Shown: piece after piece, positions 55,932 to 64,000 of the stretch
Layout of the letters: each line of letters opens with the position of its first letter
Position numbering within the stretch: the stretch's first letter is position 1
Origin: Vulcanimicrobiota bacterium
GTDB lineage: Bacteria > Vulcanimicrobiota > Vulcanimicrobiia > Eremiobacterales > Eremiobacteraceae
Direction: 5' to 3'
Length of the DNA stretch: 64,000 bases
NCBI GenBank assembly: GCA_963805945.1
Contig: CAWDVP010000002.1
Span: 288,001-352,000 of the forward strand
Program-made: the position numbers and the translations under genes
Notes under the pieces: model-generated
Databases searched by the model: none
Told to the model about the DNA's origin: nothing
Seen by the model: only the letters and a program-made list of their open reading frames with translations

Positions 55932-55969
55932 AAGAAGAGGGCGCCTGGCTAAGGCGCCCTTTCTTTCTT
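55932..55969. terminator. Bidirectional intrinsic terminator
   Basis: aagaag-AGGGCGCCT-ggcta-AGGCGCCCT-ttctttctt between convergent genes. Confidence 0.75.
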
Positions 55970-55983
55970 GGAGCGGTCGAATC

Positions 55984-56253
55984 TTACGAGCTGGTTCTGC
56001 TCCCGGTGAGCATGCGCACGATGAGCAGCAAGACCACCGCGCCGATAAAGGCGACGACGATGCTGCCGAGGTTGATCCCGGTGACGCCCGCATGACCGAA
56101 CCAATTGAAGATCCAACCGCCGAGGATGCCGCCGATCACGCCGACGATGAGATCGCCCATGAGGCCGCCGGGGCCCTCGCCCTTGACCACCATTTTGCCG
56201 AGCCAACCGCCGATGATGCCGACGACCGCCCATATGAGGAGGTTTTCTAGCAC
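55984..56253 (-). CDS. GlsB/YeaQ/YmgE-family (transglycosylase-associated) membrane protein
   Basis: VVGIIGGWLG, DLIVGVIGGILGGWIF, SIVVAFIGAVVLL. Confidence 0.88.
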   Translation of the reverse strand: MLENLLIWAVVGIIGGWLGKMVVKGEGPGGLMGDLIVGVIGGILGGWIFNWFGHAGVTGINLGSIVVAFIGAVVLLLIVRMLTGSRTSS

Positions 56254-56333
56254 TTCGATCTCCTTTCAGGATAGCGAAGCATATGTACCCTCACTTGCCC
56301 TATGCCGCGGGCGTGCTCCTGGTGCGCCCGAGA

Positions 56334-56370
56334 CAATAAAGAAGGGGCGTCGCACGGATGCGGCACCCCT
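56334..56370 (-). terminator. Intrinsic terminator downstream of the Lys-rich micro-ORF
   Basis: Minus strand AGGGGTGCCGCA-TCCG-TGCGACGCCCCT then TCTTTATTG. Confidence 0.6.
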
Positions 56371-56400
56371 CAAAAGCGGAACAACGCTTACGTTATAGCG

Positions 56401-56451
56401 TTAGTGCTTTTTCTTCTTGGTCGCTTTCTTCTTGGCTTTCTTCTTGGCCAT
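56401..56451 (-). CDS. 16-aa lysine-rich micro-protein
   Basis: GGAGGTGA SD upstream; MAKKKAKKKATKKKKH stop; terminator downstream. Confidence 0.55.
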   Translation of the reverse strand: MAKKKAKKKATKKKKH

Positions 56452-56689
56452 GGTGTGCAGGTCACCTCCATTTCGATTTTCCGGCGCTCGTGGGGCGTTG
56501 CTGTACGCCGCTTGTCTGATTCGGTTTTTCCATCCGCCGGTGCGGAGCCGTGCGGTGTGTACGCGATGCCGAAGAATACGGGGTCATCCACTGGCCCACA
56601 CGCCACACTTGTGTGTGCGCGTGACGTTCCCCTTTCGCCGTCGCGCGTCGGGCAGGAACCTCGCGCGGACGCAAACCATACTCTTCTCT

Positions 56690-57940
56690 ATGCGACTTTC
56701 GCGGCGCGTCGTCGTGACCGGACTCGGTGCGGTCACGCCGCTCGGCAACTCGGTCCCCGAATTCTGGTCGAACGTGGTCGCCGGCAAGAGCGCGGTGGGC
56801 CCGATCACGCTGTTCGACGCCGCGCCGATGCCGACGCGCTTCGCCGCCGAGGTCAAGGGCTTCGACCCGGCCGCGCTCATCGGCAAGAAAGACGCGCGCA
56901 AGATGGACCGCTTCGCGCAGTTCGCCTTCGTCGCCGCCCAGCAGGCGATCGCCGACTCCGGCCTGCAGATCAACGACGACAACCGCGACGATATCGGGGT
57001 CATCATGGGCTCGGGCATCGGCGGCCTTGCGACGATCGAGGCGCAGCACACCGTCATGATCGAGCATGGTCCCGGCAAGTTGTCGCCGTTCCTCATCCCG
57101 ATGCTCATCGGCAACATCGCGCCCGGCCTCATCTCCATCAGCCTCAAGGTGCGCGGGCCGACGCAGACGGCCGTCTCCGCCTGCGCGTCCTCGAACAACG
57201 CGATCGGTGACGCCTACCGTTCGGTGCAGCTCGGCGAGACCCAGGCGATGCTGTGCGGCGGCTCCGAGGCGCCGGTCACGCCGCTCGCAGTGGCGGGCTT
57301 TTGCGCCATGCGGGCGCTCTCGACGCGCAACGACGATCCGGCCACCGCCAGCCGTCCCTTCGACGCCGACCGCGACGGCTTCGTGGTGGGCGAGGGCGGC
57401 GGCGTCATGGTGATCGAGGAGCTCGAGCACGCGCTGCGCCGCGGCGCGCACATCTATGCGGAGATCGCCGGCTACGGCAAGTCGTCCGACGCGCACCACG
57501 TGGTCCAGCCGGATCCGGACGCGCGTGGGGTGACGCTTGCGATGCGGCGCGCGCTCCACGACGCCGAGATCGAGCCCGCGGACGTCTCCCACATCAACGC
57601 GCACGCGACGGGCACCGGCCTCGGCGATGCGGCCGAAGCGCAAGCCATCCACGGCGTGTTCGGCGAGCGCGCCAAAGCGATCCCGGTGAGCGCCAATAAA
57701 TCCATGTTCGGCCACGCGCTCGGCGCCGCGGGCGCGCTCGAGGGCATCTGCGCCATCCTCGCGATCCGCGACGGCATCATCCCGCCGACGATCAACTACC
57801 ACCACGTCGACCGCACCTGCGACCTCGACTGCGTGCCCGACGTCGCGCGCAAAGCCGACGTCGACGTCGTGCTCTCGAATTCGTTCGGTTTCGGCGGCCA
57901 CAACGCCGTGCTCGTCTTCCGCAAGTTCTCTCAAAACTGA
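56690..57940 (+). CDS. fabF: 3-oxoacyl-ACP synthase II
   Basis: RRVVVTGLG, SACASS, DRDGFVVGEG, INAHATGT, KSMFGH, SNSFGFGGHN. Confidence 0.95.
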   Translation: MRLSRRVVVTGLGAVTPLGNSVPEFWSNVVAGKSAVGPITLFDAAPMPTRFAAEVKGFDPAALIGKKDARKMDRFAQFAFVAAQQAIADSGLQINDDNRDDIGVIMGSGIGGLATIEAQHTVMIEHGPGKLSPFLIPMLIGNIAPGLISISLKVRGPTQTAVSACASSNNAIGDAYRSVQLGETQAMLCGGSEAPVTPLAVAGFCAMRALSTRNDDPATASRPFDADRDGFVVGEGGGVMVIEELEHALRRGAHIYAEIAGYGKSSDAHHVVQPDPDARGVTLAMRRALHDAEIEPADVSHINAHATGTGLGDAAEAQAIHGVFGERAKAIPVSANKSMFGHALGAAGALEGICAILAIRDGIIPPTINYHHVDRTCDLDCVPDVARKADVDVVLSNSFGFGGHNAVLVFRKFSQN

Positions 57941-58658
57941 TTGAGTGAAGGCCTCTCCCGCCGCAAATCGCTCCACGTCTTAGGCGCGCGCCTCGGCCTG
58001 AAGCGCTGCGCCGAGGGCGACTGCGTACTGCTCGATGCCGCGCTCACCCACGACTCCTACGTCCACGAGAAACGGCGCACCGCCTCGTCCAACGAACGCC
58101 TTGAATTCCTCGGCGACGCGGTGGTCGGTCTGGCGACTTCAGCCTGGCTGTACGAACGCTTCCCCGACGAGGACGAAGGACAGCTGTCGCGCCGCGCGGC
58201 AGGCGCTCGTGTCACGGGCGGCGCTGGCGGCGACCGCGACACGCCTCGAACTTGCGCCGCTCCTGCGGCTCGGCAAAGGCGAGGCCGCGGGGCACGGCGA
58301 GCGCCGGCCCTCGATCCTGGCGAGCGCCTTCGAAGCGGTGGCCGGAGCGGCGCTGATCGGCGAGGGCTACGCCGCCGCGGCGCGATTCGTCGAGCGCGTG
58401 CACTTGGCGCACGTCGCTCCCGCGGCGGCGCTCGACGCGCGCACCGAACTGCAAGAGCTCGCCCAAGCGCGCTTCAAGAAAGCGCCGCCGTATGCGCTCA
58501 CGGGCGAGAGCGGTCCGGCGCATGCCCGCGTCTTCGGCGCGACGGTTTCGGTGGGCACGATAGTGGGAACCGGCAGCGGCGCGACGAAGAAAGAGGCCCA
58601 AGCGCGGGCCGCCGCCGAGGCGCTGCGCAGACTGAAGGGGATCCCACATCTACCTTAA
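57941..58658 (+). CDS. rnc: Ribonuclease III (frameshift near 58200)
   Basis: ALTHDS, NERLEFLGDAV, TELQEL, GPAH, KKEAQARAA. Confidence 0.92.
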
Positions 58659-61600
58659 GAGTATCGATCTCTTCGGCTTCAAGACGTTCGCAGAGCGGAC
58701 GCGCCTCCTCTTCGAACCAGGCATCTCCGCCATCGTCGGTCCGAACGGTTCGGGCAAGTCGAACCTCGTCGACGCGGTCCGCTGGACGCTGGGCGAGCAG
58801 AGCGCCAAGCAGCTGCGCGGCGGCCGCATGGACGACGTCATCTTCGCCGGCAACAACCGCCGCAGGGCGGTCGGCATGTCAGAGGTCACGCTCACCTTCG
58901 ACAACAGCGACGGCATGCTGCCGGCGCCGTTCGCCGAGATCGCGGTGACGCGGCGCGTCTACCGCAACGGCGAAGGCGAGTACTTCCTCAACAAATCGCA
59001 GGTCCGGCTGCGCGACATCATGGATCTGCTGCTCGGCACCGGCCTCGGCCCCGACGCGTCGGCGATCATCTCGCAAGGCGAGATCGACGCCATGCTTTCG
59101 GCCAAGCCGATCGCGCGCCGCGAGGTGTTCGAAGAGGTCGCCGGCACGAGCAAATATCAGGCGCGCAAGCACGAGGCGCAGCGCCGGCTCGAGCAGACAG
59201 ACGCCAACGCGCTGCGCGTCAACGACTTGGTGGTCGAACTCGATCGCCAGGTGCCGGCCATCGAACAGCAAGTGCGCCGCGCGCGGCGGTATCAGAAAGT
59301 CGTCCAGCGCTTGCGCGATCTCGAGATCCTCTCGTTCGTGCGCAACACGGGCAACCGGCGCGCCGAACGGGAGCAGCTCGCGCTGACGCTCGGCGCGGAG
59401 GAGACGCAGCGCGCCGCCGGCGACGCGGCGCGCGCGAAGCTGGAAGCCGAGGTCAGCGCAGGCCGCTACGAAGAGTATCAGGCGACCCTTGCCCTCGACG
59501 AACGCACCACGGGCCGATCGCAGGCGGCGACCGCCGTGTCGCACGCCGCGGCGGCGCTCGCCACCGCACAGGCGCGCTTCGACGAAGCCGGCCGGCGCCA
59601 CGAGTCGGTCGAACGCACGATAGACGCGGCTGCGTTGGAGATCGCCCGTGCCGAGGCGCGCGTGGCCGAACTCGTCAATCTGCTCGCCGAGACGCGCGCG
59701 CTGCGCGACGAGGCGATGCACGAAGTCGAACGGCGCGCCGCGGCCGAACGCAGCGCGGCCGGCGAGTGGGAACGCGCCTACGGCGTGCTGCGATCGCTGG
59801 AGGATCGCCGCGCGACCGCCGCTGCCGCCGCGGCGGAGATCGAGGCGACCGCCCAGGCGCACCTCACGCACAAGGAGCGGCTCGCCGCGTCGGCCGCGCG
59901 TCTCGACGAAGAGCTGGCGTCGCGCGCAGACGCGCCTGGCCGGCGAGCAGCGCCGCAGCGAAGAGCTCACCTCGACGCCAGGCCGACCTCGAACGCGCTG
60001 TAGAGCGCGCCAAAACCGCCGCCGCCGCCGCCCATGAGGCGCGCGCGAACGCCGCAGCGGCGTTGGAAGCGGCACGCGACGACCTCGAACGAACGCGCGC
60101 AGCAGCGGTGGAGACCGCCGCGCGCGTCACCGCGCTGAGCGAGATCGACGCCTCAGGTCAAGGTCTGCCGCGTGCGGTCTCGATCCGTGCTCGACGCCCA
60201 CAAGGCGCGTTCGCTCAACGGCATACTCGGCGAAGTCGCCGCACCTGGTGGAGACGGACGCGGCGTACGCGCACGCCATCGACGTCGCGCTCGGCCCGCA
60301 TGCGCACGCGATCGTCACGCGGACCAGCGCCGATGCGCACGCCGCCATCGAGCATCTCAAGCGCACCGGCGCGCGGCCGCGCCACGTTCCTCGCGCTCGA
60401 GGCGGTGCGCCAGCAAGAATTGCCGCTGCTCGTGGACGTCGCACAACGCGAAGGCGTCGTCGGGCTCGCCCGCGACCTGGTGCGCTGCGCGGACGCGGTG
60501 CGCCCCGCCATCGAATACGCGCTCGCCGGCGTCGTCGTCGCCGATTCGCTACGCACCGCCCAGCGGCTCGCACGGGAGTTCTCGCACGCGACCGTGGTGA
60601 CGCTCGCGGGCGAAGTCGCGCGCGATGCGGCGATCACCGGCGGCAGCCGCGAGCGACGACAAGGCCCGCTGGCGCGGCGCGTCGCCATCGCCGATCTGCA
60701 GCGCAAGCTCGTAGGCGCGCAAGCCGCCGCCGCCGCCAGCGATGCCGCGCTCGCGCGCAGCCGCGAGGCGCACGCACATGCAGGCGACGCGGCCGAGGAG
60801 GCGGCGCGCGCGCAGAGCGAGGCGCTCGCGCGCAAGCAGGACGTGCTCGTCGGCCTCGAGCGCAGCGCGGGCGAAGCGGCCGGCTTGACGCGGCAGATCG
60901 CGTCGCTCACGGTGGAGCGCGACGCCGCCCACCTCTCGCTCGAGAAGATTGCCGCCGAATGGCGGACGCACGATGAACGGACCACGAAGGCGCGCGCGGC
61001 CGTCGAGGCGCTTGAAAAGGAGCTGCGCGAGGCCGCGGCGGTGAGCGACGCGCTTCAAGCGTCGCTGCGCGAGCTGCGCGAGCAGCATCGGACCGCGGCG
61101 CAAGAGGCCGCGGCGCTCGTCGAGCGCGTCGCCCAGACAGGCGATGACGTGGAGCAGGCGCGCGCCGCGGTCGTCGAGCGCCGCACGGTGCACGCGACCC
61201 GGCTGCGCGAAGCCGCGGACATCAAAGAAGAGCGCGAACGTGCGGACGCCGAGCTCGCGACGGCGCGCGAGCGTCGCGCGGTCGTGGATGCCGCGCTGCT
61301 GGAGATCGAGCACGCGAGCGAGGCGCTCGTGGCGCGCCGCGACGAGCTCATGACATCGGTCCGCGAGACCGAGGAGCGGCTGGCCGCACAGGTCGCACAG
61401 ATGCAGGAGCGTTCGCTCGAACTGGAGCGCACCCGCATCCGCCTCGCCGAGATCGACGCCGAGATGTCGGTGCTGCAGCAGACCTTCGCCCAGAATCCCG
61501 CCACGCCGCAGGAATGCGACGACGTCGCCGCGCGCTACGCCGCCTACCAGGACGACGCGGACGCGGACATCCGCAAGCTGCGCGACGAGCTCGCGCGGCT

Positions 61601-62204
61601 CGGCGGCGTCAACCTCAACGCGCTCGAGGACCAGAGCGCGCTGCTCGAACGGCGCGATTTCCTGCGCAAACAGCTCGACGACCTCGAAGGCGCGCGCCGC
61701 AGCATCCTCGCGGTCATCGCCGAGATCGACGCGGAATCGGTGCGCCAGTTCAACGCGGTCTTCGAGAAGGTCGCGGTCGCGTTCTCCGAGATGTTCGGCA
61801 GGCTGTTCGCGGGCGGCGTCGGCAAGATGTGGCTCACCGCCTCCGACGATCCGGCGCAGGCCGGGGTCGAGATCGCGGCCCAGCCGCCGGGCAAGAAGAT
61901 GCAGAGCCTCAACGCGCTCTCAGGCGGCGAACGCGCGCTCACCGCGGTCGCGCTCATCTTCGCGATCGTGAGCGTGCGCCCGAGCCCGTTCTACGTCTTC
62001 GACGAGATCGACGCGGCGCTCGACGAGGCGAACATCGGACGCTTCGGCACGGTGCTCACCGAATTCGCCAACCGCGCGCAGATCATCATCATCACCCACA
62101 ACAAGGCGACGATGACGCTCGCCGACCGGATCTACGGCGTCACCATGGGGGAGCCAGGAGTGTCCAATCTCCTCTCGCTGGCGCTGGAGCAGGTGGGTGC
62201 CTAG
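58648..62204 (+). CDS. smc: Chromosome segregation protein SMC (frameshifted; first codon reads ATC)
   Basis: YLKSIDLFGFKTF, GPNGSGKSN, hinge AIDVALG..RATFLAL, LSGGE, FDEIDAALD, ITHNK. Confidence 0.93.
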
Positions 62205-63772
62205 CGCCGCGAACGCGGCGGCCCTCCTCTCGCTTTCAGACCGCACCGGACTGGAGCCGCTTGCGCGCGCGCTCGCCGCACATGGCTATCGGCTGGTCGC
62301 CACGACCGGCACCGCGGCGGCGATCCGCGCGCTCGGGCTGGCCTGTGAGGAGGTCGGCGATATCACCGGCTACCCGCCGCTGCTCGACGGACGCGTCAAG
62401 ACGCTGCACCCCAAGATCATGGCGGGCGTGCTGGCGGACGAGAACGACCCGACGCACGCGGCCGATCTGCACGCGCACGACATCGCGGCGTTCAAAGTGG
62501 TCGCGGTGAACCTCTATCCGTTCGAGCGCGCCGTCGCGGCGGCCGGCGCGACCGAGCGCGACGCGATCGAGCACATCGACATCGGCGGCGTGACGCTCGT
62601 GCGCGCCGCGGCGAAGAACTACGGCAGCGTGAGCGTGCTCATGGACGCGTCGAGCTTCGAGGCGTTCACCGAGGCGCTCGAGCGCGGCGGGCCTAGCGTC
62701 GAAGAGCGGCGCCGCTGGGCGGCGACGGCGTTCGCGCGCTGCGAGCAATACGACGCGGCGATCGCGCGCTACTTCGCCGGCAGCGACGGCGCCGATGCGC
62801 TGCCCGACACGCTGCACGTCGACCTGCCGCTCGCGAGCCGGCTGCGCTACGGCGAGAATCCGTGGGCGCGCGCCGCGTTCTACGTCGGCGGCACGGTGGC
62901 GTTCCCGCGCCAGCTCTCGGGCAAGACGCTTGTCGTACAACAACCTGCTCGACGTCGACTCGTGCCTGCGGCTGCTCGCGCCGCTCGAAGAGCCGCGCGG
63001 TTTCCCGGCGTCGGCGCGTTCGTCGCGGCGCGCCGTGGCCGCCATCGTGAAGCACACCGTGCCGTGCGGCCTGGCGGCGCGCGGCAGCGCCGCCGAAGCG
63101 CTCGCCGCGGCGCTCGGCGCGGATCCGATCTCGGCGTTCGGCGGCATCGTCGCGTGCAACGCGCCGATCGACGAAGCGGCGGCGGCGCTGCTGCAGCCGC
63201 GCTTCTTGGAAGTGGTGGCCGCGCCCGAGTTCGCGCCGGCCGCGCTCGCGCTGCTGCAGAAGAAGAAGAACCTGCGCTTGCTGACGTTCGAGCGCGATCT
63301 GCCGACGCGCTTGCTGACGACCGCCAAGGTGCGTTCGGCGCTCGGCGGCGTGCTCGTCGAATATCCTGATCCGGAGGCGCAGCCCGATGAATGGCGCGTC
63401 GTCGGCGCCAAACGGCCGACCGACGCGCAATGGCGCGACCTGCTCTTCGGCTTCAACGCCGTGCGCCACGTCAAATCGAACGCGGCGGTGGTCATCGCCG
63501 ACGAGGTGACGCTCGGCGTGTGCGGCGGGCAGACGAACCGGGTCGCGGCGGTCGAGCTCGCCTGTCAGCGCGCGGGCGCAGCCGTCAAAGGCGCGGTGCT
63601 CGCGACCGACGGCTTCTTCCCGTTCGCCGACGGCATCGAAGCCGCGGCGCGCGCCGGCATCGCGGCCGTCGTGGCGCCGAGCGGCTCGATCCGCGACGCC
63701 GAAGTGGAAGCGGCGGCCGCCGCGGCGGGCGTCGCGCTCGTGTTCACGTCCCGTCGCTACTTCTTACACTAG
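62197..63772 (+). CDS. purH: Bifunctional AICAR transformylase/IMP cyclohydrolase (frameshift near 62930)
   Basis: GRVKTLHP, VNLYPF, IDIGG, LRYGENP, SYNNLLD, VKSNA, DGFFPF. Confidence 0.95.
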
Positions 63773-63781
63773 GCGCGGGTG

Positions 63782-64000
63782 CTACGCCGCCGTCACCGTC
63801 ACCGCGCTGCCGTAGCAGAGCACTTCGGTGACGCCGGGAGCGATCTCGGTCGCGTCGTAGCGCACCATGATGACGCCGTTCGCGCCCAGCATGTCGGCGT
63901 GTTTGATCATGAGCTCGTACGCGTCGATCCGCACCTTCTCGCACAGCTCCGTGTAGAGCGTGATGTTGCCGCCCACCAGCTGCTGCAGCCCGGCCCCGAT
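63782..64000 (-). CDS. YbjQ/UPF0145-family protein, 3' part
   Basis: [31 protein letters not shown]. Confidence 0.85.
   Translation of the reverse strand: MGAGLQQLVGGNITLYTELCEKVRIDAYELMIKHADMLGANGVIMVRYDATEIAPGVTEVLCYGSAVTVTAA

Overview
This is the replication-origin region of a high-GC diderm bacterium with Terrabacteria-type gene order (dnaA-rpmH-rnpA-yidD-yidC-jag-mnmE-mnmG-rsmG-parAB; fabF-rnc-smc). An Eremiobacterota/Vulcanimicrobiota-like lineage is my inference, not a tested result. Left of oriC on the minus strand, dnaA-dnaN-recF-dciA-gyrB runs directly into an outer-membrane cluster (tamB, bamA, three Skp/OmpH paralogues, lpxD-lpxC-fabZ-lpxA-lpxB). Right of oriC are the rpmH-to-parB block, thiD, trpS, a minus-strand block (aminotransferase, mrdA-mreDCB-maf, nadD-obgE-rpmA), an accessory region at about 49-56.6 kb, then fabF-rnc-smc-purH. 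Many essential genes carry single-base frameshifts and about 30.8-36 kb is visibly noisy; I read this as long-read consensus error, not pseudogenisation. The most novel-looking signal is a pair of unannotated 44- and 47-aa ORFs sharing the C-terminal motif LV-x3-RG-x3-SIF-x-GWG-x3. They flank a secreted metallophosphoesterase, and the first sits behind a near-consensus promoter overlapped by two TAAC-N19-GTTA operators, divergent from a CGNR zinc-finger regulator. Other notable items are a 16-aa Lys-rich micro-ORF, an L27 with a Prp-type cleavable extension but no neighbouring rplU/prp, YidC with a Zn-ribbon tail, a parS abutting a start codon, and a tandem lipoprotein duplication. I saw no rRNA, tRNA, CRISPR array or transposase.
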